Shown piece by piece: positions 29,089 to 39,158 of a stretch of DNA of 64,000 bases. Position numbers and translations under genes: made by a program. This stretch comes from Flavobacteriaceae bacterium. GTDB lineage: Bacteria > Bacteroidota > Bacteroidia > Flavobacteriales > Flavobacteriaceae. The number at the start of each line of letters is the position of its first letter. Positions within the stretch are counted from its first letter, which is position 1. The stretch is from assembly GCA_947491985.1 (NCBI GenBank), contig CANLLR010000010.1, positions 4,920 through 68,919 on the forward strand. The letters run 5' to 3'. Under the pieces are notes generated by a model. That model was given only the letters and a program-made list of their open reading frames with translations, did no database searches and was not told the origin of the DNA.

Positions 29089-30747
29089 ATGACCTACCCA
29101 AAAATCCCTTTAGCACAATCGATAATCGAAATTTTTTGCGCCAAAGGAATCAATCATATAGTAATCTCTCCAGGTTCTAGAAATGCGCCGTTAACCATTG
29201 GTTTTACTACAAATCAGAATTTTACGTGTTATAGTATTGCCGACGAACGTTGTGCTGCTTTTTTTGCATTGGGAATTGCGCAACAACTACAAAAACCTGT
29301 TGCTGTAGTTTGTACTTCGGGTTCGGCGGTGCTGAATTATTATCCAGCATTCGCGGAAGCATTTTATAGCGAAATTCCGCTTATTGTACTTTCAGCCGAT
29401 CGTCCTAAAAACAAAATCGATATTGGTGACGGACAAACCATTCGTCAAGCCAATGTATTTGAAAATCATTCTGTTTTTAATGCCAATTTAGATGAAAATA
29501 CCTCTGACGAAAATGATTTTTTAATCAATGAAGCCATAAACGTTGCGATTTCTCAAAAAGGCCCCGTTCATATTAATGCTCCTTTTGAAGAACCATTATA
29601 TGAAACTACAGAAACACTTTTGGTAAATCCAAAGATAGTTTCTTCTAAAGTCCATGATGGTGTTTTTGACGAATCACTTACTACCTTTGCAACCGATTGG
29701 AATCAGGCCAAAAAGAAACTAATTTTAGTTGGAACCAATTCGCCTAATGCTATCGATGCAACGATTATGGAGCGATTGGCGAGTGATGATTCGGTAGTTA
29801 TCATGACCGAAACGACTTCCAATTTGCATCATGAGAATGTGATTAGCAATATTGACACTATAATTACTCCTTTTTCACAAGAAGATTTTTTGGATTTTCA
29901 ACCTGATATTTTAGTGACTTTTGGCGGAATGATTGTGTCTAAACGTATCAAATCGTTTTTGCGAAACTACCAACCCAAACAGCATTGGCATATTGACACT
30001 TTGAGAGCCTACGATACTTTTGGTTGTTTGACGCAACATTTTAAAGTCGCACCTAATGTGTTTTTTCTTTCATTTTTCGGATTAACAACACGAATTGAAA
30101 GCAACTACAATTCGACCTTGCATACCATTAAATTGCTTCGTGCTCAAAAACATCTACACTACTTGGATAGGATTGCGTTTTCCGATTTAAAAGTTTTCGA
30201 GAAAGTGTTGGATATACTACCAGAAAATTGTCAGTTGCAAGTCAGTAACAGTTCGGCCATTCGCTATGTGCAACTTTTTCCAATTAAATCAAGTGTTGAA
30301 GTTTTTTGTAATCGTGGTACAAGTGGCATCGATGGAAGTACATCAACCGCTATTGGCGCTGCAGTGGCAAGTAAAAAACCAACGGTTTTGATTACAGGAG
30401 ATATCGGATTTTTATACGATAGCAACGCGCTTTGGAACAATTATATTCCCAAGAATTTTAAAATTATTTTGATTAATAATGGTGGAGGAGGTATTTTTAG
30501 AATTTTACCCGGACATACAGAATCGCCTGTTTTTACTACATTTTTCGAAACATCTCATTGTTTAACCGCGGAACATTTGGCTAATATGTATGGATTGGAA
30601 TATAGTATTGCAAGTACGGAAACTACTTTGGAAAACGCTTTAACAAACCTGTTTAATCAAAATGAAACGCCTTGTTTGCTTGAGATTTTTACGCCAACTT
30701 TAGTAAACGATTCTATTTTACTTGACTATTTTAAACACTTGGTTTGA
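29089..30747 (+). CDS. menD: SEPHCHC synthase
   Basis: SPGSRNAPL, DERCAAF, CTSGSA, NRGTSGIDG, GDIGFLYD, NNGGGGIF. Confidence 0.95.
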   Translation: MTYPKIPLAQSIIEIFCAKGINHIVISPGSRNAPLTIGFTTNQNFTCYSIADERCAAFFALGIAQQLQKPVAVVCTSGSAVLNYYPAFAEAFYSEIPLIVLSADRPKNKIDIGDGQTIRQANVFENHSVFNANLDENTSDENDFLINEAINVAISQKGPVHINAPFEEPLYETTETLLVNPKIVSSKVHDGVFDESLTTFATDWNQAKKKLILVGTNSPNAIDATIMERLASDDSVVIMTETTSNLHHENVISNIDTIITPFSQEDFLDFQPDILVTFGGMIVSKRIKSFLRNYQPKQHWHIDTLRAYDTFGCLTQHFKVAPNVFFLSFFGLTTRIESNYNSTLHTIKLLRAQKHLHYLDRIAFSDLKVFEKVLDILPENCQLQVSNSSAIRYVQLFPIKSSVEVFCNRGTSGIDGSTSTAIGAAVASKKPTVLITGDIGFLYDSNALWNNYIPKNFKIILINNGGGGIFRILPGHTESPVFTTFFETSHCLTAEHLANMYGLEYSIASTETTLENALTNLFNQNETPCLLEIFTPTLVNDSILLDYFKHLV

Positions 30748-31220
30748 ATTTTGTTGTGATTTTTCCAATACGATTTCCCATAATCACAGAAAATTTCTTC
30801 ACCCGAATTGATTTTCTTTAACGCAATCAAACACACATTCTTATTTTCATCTAGGGTTATTTTAGCATTATTTTTAAAATAGGAAGTCGAAAACCCGGAT
30901 GCATCGTTAGCGTATTTAGCAAAACCTTCGGTAAGCCTGCAATCTAAAATGCGTCCGTTAGGCAAATTCATAAAATAGCCGTTATTGCCTTGTTTAGCTC
31001 TTTTTTTAGATTCGGTATCGGATAAAACTTCACCTCTAAACAAGGCAATTATTTCTTCTTTATAAATGGTAATGGCTGTAAATAAACCATTTCCGGAGTT
31101 GCTAAGTTGCGAACTTTTTACATACAAATAATCTGCTTCTTTGGCTTCTATGTTATTTTGATCTGTATTTGGGTCTTTCAACGCTTTTGATTTAGTAGTT
31201 TCAAATCCAAATGTAATCAA
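30726..31220 (-). CDS. SET domain protein
   Basis: SGNGLFT, AKYAND, NNA, IALKKINSGEEIFCDYG; start codon uncertain. Confidence 0.85.
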   Translation of the reverse strand: MITFGFETTKSKALKDPNTDQNNIEAKEADYLYVKSSQLSNSGNGLFTAITIYKEEIIALFRGEVLSDTESKKRAKQGNNGYFMNLPNGRILDCRLTEGFAKYANDASGFSTSYFKNNAKITLDENKNVCLIALKKINSGEEIFCDYGKSYWKNHNKIQTKCLK

Positions 31221-31255
31221 TTCCTAATTCGTACCTTTGCCTAAATTCTATAATT

Positions 31256-32089
31256 ATGTTAAAGATAGGTCAGTTTAATACCTTGCGAATAGATAGAGAT
31301 ACCAAAGTAGGTATATTTCTTACCAACGGAACCGAAGATGTGTTGTTGCCCAACAAATACGTTCCAGAACATTTTGAATTGGACGATGAAATAGCAGTTT
31401 TTGTATATTTAGATCATGAAGAACGACCGGTTGCCACTACTTTAGAACCTTATATTGTGTTGAACGAGTTTGGTTGGTTGCGTGTGAATTACATCAACGA
31501 ATTTGGTGCTTTTTTAGATTGGGGTTTGGAGAAGGATTTGTTCGTTCCTTTTAAAGAACAAGCACGTCCGATGGAGCAAGGCAAACGCTATTTGGTGTAT
31601 TTGTATCTGGATGAAAAAACCAATCGATTGACTGCTTCGAGTAAAACCAATCAGTTTTTAGATAATGAAAATATCACTGTTGAACCCAACGAAGAAGTCG
31701 ATATCATTGTATCACACATTACCGAAATAGGCATCAACGTAATCATCAACGAAAAGCACAAAGGATTGGCTTATAAAGACGAAGTGTATAAAGAGGTAAA
31801 ACCCGGACAACGATTAAAAGGATATATAAAAACCATTCGTCCCGATGGGAAAATAGACGTTTCGTTCAATAAACTCGGTTTTGAAGCCATTGAACCCAAT
31901 GCCGAAAAAATATTAGACGAACTGCGCGCCAGTCGTGGTTTTTTAAGATTGAATGACAATTCACATCCAGAAGATATCAAAACGGTTTTGCAAATGAGTA
32001 AAAAGAACTTTAAAAAAGCAATTGGAACATTATACCGTCAAAAACAGATTGAGATTAAGGATGACGGGATTTATTTGGTAAAAGAGTAA
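31256..32089 (+). CDS. cvfB: CvfB-like S1 RNA-binding protein
   Basis: GAFLDWGLEKDLFVP, MSKKNFKKAIG. Confidence 0.88.
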   Translation: MLKIGQFNTLRIDRDTKVGIFLTNGTEDVLLPNKYVPEHFELDDEIAVFVYLDHEERPVATTLEPYIVLNEFGWLRVNYINEFGAFLDWGLEKDLFVPFKEQARPMEQGKRYLVYLYLDEKTNRLTASSKTNQFLDNENITVEPNEEVDIIVSHITEIGINVIINEKHKGLAYKDEVYKEVKPGQRLKGYIKTIRPDGKIDVSFNKLGFEAIEPNAEKILDELRASRGFLRLNDNSHPEDIKTVLQMSKKNFKKAIGTLYRQKQIEIKDDGIYLVKE

Positions 32090-32090
32090 C

Positions 32091-32516
32091 TTAAATTACT
32101 TCTACTTTCGGATTGATTTTTTGAATTTCTTCTAAGAAAATAGCACTATTTTGTGGCGAAACAAAAACATCATTAAAATTATTGAAAGTGATGATAAATC
32201 CTGTTGTGTCAAGCGCTTGTTTCATTGAAACTGGAACGTATAAACCCGAATGGCGTTTGATTTTTTGAATTTTTGTAATATCAATCCGACCTCTAAACGG
32301 TCCCGAACGGTACAATAAAAAGCTGTTTTTTATAACGTATCGCGTATCTAATAAAACCCACACGATCAGAACTGCAACTAATGCCAAAATAATAAAAGGT
32401 GCTATTGGCAACTCGCCACTACTAAAGGTATATCCAAGCATCACAATCATAAAAATGACAATGCTCCACATAAGTGTCATTATAAATGCATTTTTAGAGG
32501 ATAGAAAATTCTTCAT
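32091..32516 (-). CDS. Bacterial PH-domain membrane protein
   Basis: Two TMs, then TRYVI...SGPF..RIDI..I and SP motifs; start moved to ATG 32516. Confidence 0.75.
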   Translation of the reverse strand: MKNFLSSKNAFIMTLMWSIVIFMIVMLGYTFSSGELPIAPFIILALVAVLIVWVLLDTRYVIKNSFLLYRSGPFRGRIDITKIQKIKRHSGLYVPVSMKQALDTTGFIITFNNFNDVFVSPQNSAIFLEEIQKINPKVEVI

Positions 32517-32609
32517 TTTTAAACTATTTGCAAAATTCAATCACAAATTTACATTATTATTTAATACAAATAGGGTTAATGTTTTTATTTACTGCTAGTG
32601 ACAGCTTTT

Positions 32610-33140
32610 TTAATAGTTCTCTATAAAGTGGAACGATTTTACAAATGAATCGATACTTTCAGATTCGGTATTTCCCATAAACATCATGAAAAACATTTGA
32701 TTTCCTTTTATAATACAAATGGTTTTAATTTCAATTTCACTAATCGTTCCTGATGTCCTATTGGCAGTATATTTTTCATTAAATAAAAAATCTTCATCCG
32801 TATTTTTCTTGAATGGAGCACCCAATTGACCTTCTAAGTTTTTTATAGCTCCTTTTTTCGCACCATCTATCACTCCTTTAAAAAAAACAGTTCCACCTTT
32901 TTCGATAATTGCTGGCGGATATTTATTTTCAGACAATAAAATCATATAATCTTCTCCTTCGGATTCATAAGTCACCATTTCAATTTTTCCAACTTGATGA
33001 TCCAATTCTTTCTTCTCAATTATTGGCTTTACAGGAAAGGCTGCTATAAAACCTGACTCTGGATAATTTGTAACAGGGGTTTGTGAATGTACAGAGAATG
33101 AAAATAATGAAATAAGAAGTACTAAGTGAAAATTCTTCAT
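32610..33140 (-). CDS. Exported hypothetical protein
   Basis: Signal peptide MKNFHLVLLISLFSFSVHS; 176 aa. Confidence 0.75.
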   Translation of the reverse strand: MKNFHLVLLISLFSFSVHSQTPVTNYPESGFIAAFPVKPIIEKKELDHQVGKIEMVTYESEGEDYMILLSENKYPPAIIEKGGTVFFKGVIDGAKKGAIKNLEGQLGAPFKKNTDEDFLFNEKYTANRTSGTISEIEIKTICIIKGNQMFFMMFMGNTESESIDSFVKSFHFIENY

Positions 33141-33200
33141 GAATAAGTTTCTTTTTAAATAAGTGATAAAAGTAGTATTTTTACAGTAAAATTAAAGAAG

Positions 33201-34040
33201 ATGTCAGAAATAAATTGGGTAACAGCAAAAGTATTTGAAGATATAACCTATAAAAAGCGCAATGGCGTTGCCCGAATTGCATTTAACCGTCCGGAGGTAC
33301 GAAATGCATTCCGTCCAAAAACAACATCAGAATTGCTACAAGCTTTTCACGATGCTCAAGAAGATACATCAATAGGAGTAGTGCTTCTGTCTGCAGAAGG
33401 ACCTTCGTCTAAAGATGGTGTCTATTCTTTTTGCAGTGGAGGCGATCAAAAAGCGCGGGGACAACAAGGTTATGTTGGCGATGATGGTTACCATCGTTTG
33501 AATATTTTAGATGTACAGCGACTCATTCGTTTTATGCCAAAAGCTGTAATTGCAGTGGTTCCGGGTTGGGCAGTAGGTGGCGGTCATAGTTTGCATGTGG
33601 TTTGCGATTTGACTTTAGCAAGTAAAGAACACGCTATTTTTAAACAAACAGATGCCGATGTAACGAGCTTTGACGGTGGTTATGGTTCGGCTTATCTGGC
33701 CAAAATGGTGGGACAGAAAAAAGCACGTGAAATTTTCTTTTTAGGTCGTAATTATTCAGCTCAAGAAGCCTTTGATATGGGAATGGTAAATGCCGTTATC
33801 CCTCACGATGAGTTAGAAACAACAGCATATGAATGGGCACAAGAAATCTTAGCCAAATCGCCAACTTCAATAAAAATGCTAAAATTCGCCATGAATTTAA
33901 CCGATGATGGTATGGTCGGACAACAAGTATTCGCCGGTGAAGCGACGCGTTTGGCTTATATGACCGACGAAGCCAAAGAGGGAAGAGATGCTTTTTTAGA
34001 AAAACGCAAGCCTAACTTCGATAAGAAATGGTTACCTTAA
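33201..34040 (+). CDS. menB: 1,4-dihydroxy-2-naphthoyl-CoA synthase
   Basis: RPEVRNAFRP, FCSGGDQ, GWAVGGGH, SFDGGYG. Confidence 0.96.
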   Translation: MSEINWVTAKVFEDITYKKRNGVARIAFNRPEVRNAFRPKTTSELLQAFHDAQEDTSIGVVLLSAEGPSSKDGVYSFCSGGDQKARGQQGYVGDDGYHRLNILDVQRLIRFMPKAVIAVVPGWAVGGGHSLHVVCDLTLASKEHAIFKQTDADVTSFDGGYGSAYLAKMVGQKKAREIFFLGRNYSAQEAFDMGMVNAVIPHDELETTAYEWAQEILAKSPTSIKMLKFAMNLTDDGMVGQQVFAGEATRLAYMTDEAKEGRDAFLEKRKPNFDKKWLP

Positions 34041-34075
34041 ATTAGTGTTCAGTAATCAGTTTTTAATATTACATA

Positions 34076-34591
34076 ATGGAAAATTTTACCAACGAAAGTA
34101 TAGATACCAAACAATTGCCTCGATTTGAAGCAGTCGTCTTTACCCTTTTACATCCAAGCTATTGGAAAGTAACGTTGATAAACTCGGGTATCTTCTTCTT
34201 ACTATTAGGAATTGGATTGATTTTCGGATTGATTTTTAATGATACTATAATTGAAAATAATATCACTTTTATCATTTTATATGGTGTTCTTTTACTAGTA
34301 AGTTTGTTTTTTTTGCGTTTGGGTTTTAAAAAGAAAGGCTTCGCTTTTAGAAATCACGATGTATTGTATCGAAGCGGCGTAATCGCAACCAATACGATGG
34401 TAATCCCTTATAATAGAGTACAACATGTAGCATTACATGAAGGGTTTATTTCCCGTTTTTTCGGTTTGGCTACTATCGAAATTTTTACTGCTGGAGGTAA
34501 TTCAAGTGATATTGAAATTCCTGGAATCGCCAAAGAAGAAGCCGAAAACATCAAACAATTGTTAATGGGTAAAATACAAAAACAATTGTAA
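34076..34591 (+). CDS. YdbS-like PH domain membrane protein
   Basis: IPYNRVQHV, RFFGLATIEIFTAGG. Confidence 0.85.
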   Translation: MENFTNESIDTKQLPRFEAVVFTLLHPSYWKVTLINSGIFFLLLGIGLIFGLIFNDTIIENNITFIILYGVLLLVSLFFLRLGFKKKGFAFRNHDVLYRSGVIATNTMVIPYNRVQHVALHEGFISRFFGLATIEIFTAGGNSSDIEIPGIAKEEAENIKQLLMGKIQKQL

Positions 34592-36093
34592 TGGAAACTA
34601 ATTTCAATGTGCCACAACGGCAATCACCAATTGGTGTTTTGGTTATGTTTGCCAACACCTTGCGGCACTACGTAAAAGCATTTTGGCCTTTGTTACTTAT
34701 TTGGGCCTTTCGTTCAGATAAAATCAATGCTACATATGCAATTGTAGGAATCATAGCGGTATTTGTACTAATTGGAAGCATTGCTTATTTAAAATACCTC
34801 AATTTTACATTTTGCATTGATGATGAAAATGATGAGTTTATTATCAATGAAGGTATTATCAACAAAACGAAAACTACAATTCAACTCAATAAAATTCAGC
34901 AAGTCAATATTAATCAAACCTTAATTCAACGTTTAATTGGAGTGTATGCACTTGATGTAGATACCGCTGGAAGTACTAATAAAGAGGGGAAAATCAAAGC
35001 CATTTCACATGAACTTGCTCTAGCTTTAAAGGCGAAACTGATTGAAAACGAAAAGAATGAAAAAGTAACTACTAAAGAAATTATTTTCGATAACGAACCA
35101 CCAAAAATTGCAACACATCCTTTTCTCGAAATTAGTTTTTTGAGTTTGTTAAAAGTGGGTTTGACATCCAACTATTTAAAAAGTTTCGGATTAATTTTAA
35201 CCTTCTTCTTTACCATTTACCATAACCTCAAAGAAGTCGATTACAATTCGTACATTGATAAAAAAATTAACGATTTTGTGAGTAGCAGCGCGGTGATTAA
35301 TTCAATTTCAATACTAATCATTTTTGCTTTATTAGTGATCTTTGTTTTTAATATTTTACGGATTATCATACGATTTTTCGGATTTAAAATTACAAAACAA
35401 TCGGGCTCACTATTGTTATCATTCGGACTCCTTGATACCAAAAGCACGATTATAAAACCAGAAAAAGTGCAAATTGTTTCAGTTGTGCAGAATTATTTTC
35501 AAAAGAAACTCAACATCTTAGAGATGAAAATCCAACAAGCTACGGGTGATGATCACAAAAGTAAAAAAGCGGTAATCGAAATTCCAGGGTGTAATTCCGT
35601 TGAAAGTCACGCCATTTTAAAGTTGCTTTTTGAACAAATTCCACAAAAAGGAGTACAGATGAAACCCAATTGGCGCAAACTGGTTTTTACTTGGTTTTTG
35701 TTTGTCTTCATGCCTGTGACAGCCTTTTTTGCTTTTGGGAATTATGTTGAAAAGTCCATCTTAGAATTTGCAAATTATACAATTGTTTATACTATTTTTA
35801 TTGGGTTAATTATTTTTTTTGGTTATCGAAATAACAGACTTTTTGTGAATGACAATTATATCATCAAACAAAGCGGAGCGTGGGATGTAGAGAATCAAAT
35901 TATCGAGTTGAATAAAATACAAGCCATCACAACATCACAATTGTTTTGGCACAAATCAATTAACATTGGTTCAATTACCTTGCATACCGCCGGCGGGAAT
36001 ATTGCTTTCCAGCTGGGTGATTATGAAAAAATCAAACAGTATATCAACTTTTGGTTGTACGAAATCGAAACGTCTAACAGCAATTGGATGTAA
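34591..36093 (+). CDS. YdbT-like PH domain membrane protein
   Basis: Repeated KIQ/KVQ...TAG units; coupled to the YdbS-like gene. Confidence 0.85.
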   Translation: METNFNVPQRQSPIGVLVMFANTLRHYVKAFWPLLLIWAFRSDKINATYAIVGIIAVFVLIGSIAYLKYLNFTFCIDDENDEFIINEGIINKTKTTIQLNKIQQVNINQTLIQRLIGVYALDVDTAGSTNKEGKIKAISHELALALKAKLIENEKNEKVTTKEIIFDNEPPKIATHPFLEISFLSLLKVGLTSNYLKSFGLILTFFFTIYHNLKEVDYNSYIDKKINDFVSSSAVINSISILIIFALLVIFVFNILRIIIRFFGFKITKQSGSLLLSFGLLDTKSTIIKPEKVQIVSVVQNYFQKKLNILEMKIQQATGDDHKSKKAVIEIPGCNSVESHAILKLLFEQIPQKGVQMKPNWRKLVFTWFLFVFMPVTAFFAFGNYVEKSILEFANYTIVYTIFIGLIIFFGYRNNRLFVNDNYIIKQSGAWDVENQIIELNKIQAITTSQLFWHKSINIGSITLHTAGGNIAFQLGDYEKIKQYINFWLYEIETSNSNWM

Positions 36094-36134
36094 TTTTAAA
36101 CAGTAAATCTGACCCTAAAAATAAATAACAACAG

Positions 36135-37073
36135 ATGAAACATTGGATTCAAGCCGCACGAGTTAGAACATTACCATTGTCGGTTTCCGGGATTTTAGTA
36201 GGTAGTTTTTACGCCATGTCACAAGCTATGTTCAACTGGAAAATTGTCATCTTTGCGTTGTTGACTACACTGGGTTTGCAAATCCTGTCCAATTTTGCGA
36301 ATGATTACGGCGACGGAATGAAAGGCACGGACAACGAAGACAGAATCGGACCGAAACGCGCTATTCAAAGCGGATTAATTTCGCCACAAGCGATGAAAAG
36401 AGCTATGGTTTTTATGTCTGTTTTGACTTTGATTTTTGCCATTTGCCTGATTTATTTCTCTTTTAAAGATCGTTATTTATATTATTCGTTGGCATTTTTG
36501 TTTCTCGGAATTATTGCTATTGCATCGGCAATTCGCTACACTGTGGGTAAAAACCCTTATGGTTATCGTGGTTTTGGTGATGTATTTGTGTTTGTATTTT
36601 TTGGTTTGGTAAGCACGTTCGGAATATATTTTATGTTTTCTAAAGCATTCGACTGGTTGTTATTACTTCCAGCTACCGCAATCGGTTTTTTAAGTGTTGG
36701 CGTCTTAAATTTAAACAACATGCGCGATGAAGCATCCGATACCAAAGCCAACAAAAACACATTAGTGGTGAAAATGGGCGGCGCTTGGGCGAAAAAATAC
36801 CACTTTTTCTTAGTCATTTCGGCTATGGTTTTGGTGTTGTTATTTGCTTACTTAAACCATTTCAATTTTGATCAATACTTGTTTATCGTAGCCTATTTCC
36901 CTTTAACCAGTCATTTGATAACGGTGTATAGGAATAGAAATCCTAAATTACTTGATCCCGAATTAAAGAAACTCGCCATAAGCACGTTTATTTTAGCGGT
37001 TTTATTATCGTTAGCGTTGATTTTTTTGGTATCCGATTTAATTCTCTATTATTTAGAACAATATTTTAATTAA
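36135..37073 (+). CDS. menA: 1,4-dihydroxy-2-naphthoate octaprenyltransferase
   Basis: ARVRTLPLS, NFANDYGDG..GTD, NNMRD...D..ANKNTL. Confidence 0.95.
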   Translation: MKHWIQAARVRTLPLSVSGILVGSFYAMSQAMFNWKIVIFALLTTLGLQILSNFANDYGDGMKGTDNEDRIGPKRAIQSGLISPQAMKRAMVFMSVLTLIFAICLIYFSFKDRYLYYSLAFLFLGIIAIASAIRYTVGKNPYGYRGFGDVFVFVFFGLVSTFGIYFMFSKAFDWLLLLPATAIGFLSVGVLNLNNMRDEASDTKANKNTLVVKMGGAWAKKYHFFLVISAMVLVLLFAYLNHFNFDQYLFIVAYFPLTSHLITVYRNRNPKLLDPELKKLAISTFILAVLLSLALIFLVSDLILYYLEQYFN

Positions 37074-37078
37074 ATATC

Positions 37079-37756
37079 ATGAAGATAACTTTTTACGGTC
37101 ACGCATCACTCGGAATTGAAGTAAGCGGAAAAAACATATTAGTTGATCCATTTATCTCAGGTAATCCCAATGCAGCTCACGTTGATATAAATGCGTTAAA
37201 AGCAGATTATATTCTACTAACTCACGCGCATCAAGACCATATTCTCGACGTTGAAGCTATTGCTACTCTCACCAATGCAGTTATTGTTTCTACATATGAA
37301 GTTGCTACGTATTTTGGAAATAAAGGATTTCAATACCATCCAATGAATCACGGTGGAAGTTGGGAATTCGATTTCGGAAAAGTAAAAATCGTAAGCGCCA
37401 TCCACTCTAGTTCTTTTCCTGATGGAAGTTATGGCGGAAATCCGGCCGGATTTGTTATCGAAGGCGAACACAAAAATATTTACATTTCTGGCGATACGGC
37501 ACTTACAATGGATATGAAACTTATTCCGATGCGCACAAAACTCGACTTGGCAATACTTTCTATCGGTAATAATTTTACTATGGATGTCGAAGATGCTATC
37601 ATTGCTGCCGATTTTGTCGATTGCGATAAAGTGCTCGGCGTGCATTATGATACTTTTGGGTACATCAAAATCGACCATGTAGCTGCCAAAAAGAAATTCT
37701 TTGATGCTGGAAAAGATCTAATGTTGTTGGAAATCGGACAAAGCATCGATCTGTAA
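37079..37756 (+). CDS. Metallo-beta-lactamase-fold metal-dependent hydrolase
   Basis: GHAS, DPF, THAHQDH, GDT, HYDTF. Confidence 0.9.
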   Translation: MKITFYGHASLGIEVSGKNILVDPFISGNPNAAHVDINALKADYILLTHAHQDHILDVEAIATLTNAVIVSTYEVATYFGNKGFQYHPMNHGGSWEFDFGKVKIVSAIHSSSFPDGSYGGNPAGFVIEGEHKNIYISGDTALTMDMKLIPMRTKLDLAILSIGNNFTMDVEDAIIAADFVDCDKVLGVHYDTFGYIKIDHVAAKKKFFDAGKDLMLLEIGQSIDL

Positions 37757-37764
37757 TTTTTTTT

Positions 37765-37913
37765 GAAGCCCTACCTGCCTGCCAGCAGGTATTCCAGCTA
37801 TTCGTTTCAATCTTTTTCTCGTAAGTTCGAGTTCGTTTGAAAAGAGGGTATCGAGAACCGAGAAAAAGGATTTACACTGCTGCCTGCCTGCCGGTAGGCA
37901 GGTCTGGGCTAAA
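37765..37913 (+). ncRNA. Flavo-1-like structured repeat, copy 2, with nested inserts
   Basis: Same arms as 6942-7056; extra 20-bp inserts at 37770-37789 and 37883-37902. Confidence 0.6.
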
Positions 37914-37955
37914 AACGGCATTCTATTTGCACAATGCTCTCTTAAATATCAAATC

Positions 37956-39152
37956 ATGCGATTACTAACACTACTTTTTTGCTGTTTTTCACTTCACATT
38001 TTTTCTCAATCTAAAGAAGGATTCTGGGACAATATTCGTACAACCAACGAAACTATCATCCTAAAATCGAGTGAAAAGAAAATGGTCAAATCAGCCGATT
38101 TTCCTGTAGGAACCACTGAAGCGGTTTTCCGAATTACCGTTTTAGACGACAATCAAAAAACATCCAGTAGTCTGGTTTCAGTTCTTAAAGCCATTCCAGA
38201 TCCAACCGGAATCAGTCAAGGTGCTGCTGGTGGCGTATTTTTGCTTTCAACCATTTCGGGTGAAGACAAATGCAAATACAGCATTTTTACTTCGGCTGTC
38301 GATGCTGAAAATTACATCAGAACAGGAGTGACAACCAATGCTTGTTATCTTCAAAAATCGGCTATTAATAAAGAAGTAAAACTTTTAATAAATGACTCTA
38401 AATGTTTGACATCCAATTCTAAAAATTTATATTTTGTTTTTGAAAGCGATAACTGGATCTTAACAGAAAAAGTAGTTCTAGAAATTGTACCATGGGTAAA
38501 CACAAAGTTAAGTCGCGGTTGGAATCCCATCACTAAAAACGAATTGCTTATTATCGCAACCCAATTGCAATGGACAAAAAAACTGACCAAAAAAGACCAG
38601 TTTTATGCTTGGTTTATAGGCAATATCCAAAGTAAGTATACGTATGCCGAGTTCAAGCAATTGATTCCCGTAGAAAAAAGCAACGCCATCGAAGTCGCTG
38701 TGGAAGAAAGCTTAAAAAAATCGGGCGAGTTAGAGAAATACTACACAACCATCCGCGACCAATCACTTCAGTTGTTCAAAGAAGGTAAAACCAACGCAGC
38801 AGTCGATTTGATCAAAGTTGAAATGATAGCCAAAAACAGAGCGACTTACAAAGATTATGGCGTTTTAGGTGATTATCATTTGCTTACACAACAATTTTCG
38901 GTCGCAGAAGGATATTACAATCAAGGAATGCAATTGAATCCAACAGAGATTTTATTTCAGCTCAATTTGGCGCACGTGTACCTGTTTACGAATCGAATGT
39001 CAGAAGCCAAAGCCATTCATAAAAAACACCGTAAAGAAAATCTCACTTCGGGTAAATCATGGACTGCGCAAACGCAATACGATTTTAAAGAGTTTGAAAA
39101 AAGAAAATTGCCGACCAACGACTTTAAAAAAATACTAAGAATCCTTGAATAG
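37956..39152 (+). CDS. Exported protein with C-terminal TPR
   Basis: Signal peptide; TPR-like YGVLGDYHLL..A...YNQG..LNP, LNLAHVYL. Confidence 0.8.
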   Translation: MRLLTLLFCCFSLHIFSQSKEGFWDNIRTTNETIILKSSEKKMVKSADFPVGTTEAVFRITVLDDNQKTSSSLVSVLKAIPDPTGISQGAAGGVFLLSTISGEDKCKYSIFTSAVDAENYIRTGVTTNACYLQKSAINKEVKLLINDSKCLTSNSKNLYFVFESDNWILTEKVVLEIVPWVNTKLSRGWNPITKNELLIIATQLQWTKKLTKKDQFYAWFIGNIQSKYTYAEFKQLIPVEKSNAIEVAVEESLKKSGELEKYYTTIRDQSLQLFKEGKTNAAVDLIKVEMIAKNRATYKDYGVLGDYHLLTQQFSVAEGYYNQGMQLNPTEILFQLNLAHVYLFTNRMSEAKAIHKKHRKENLTSGKSWTAQTQYDFKEFEKRKLPTNDFKKILRILE

Positions 39153-39158
39153 TAAAAA

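Noticed and set aside
37718..37921. 67-aa ORF with PAGRQ repeats
   Set aside because: It is a translation of the palindromic inserts on the opposite strand of the repeat.
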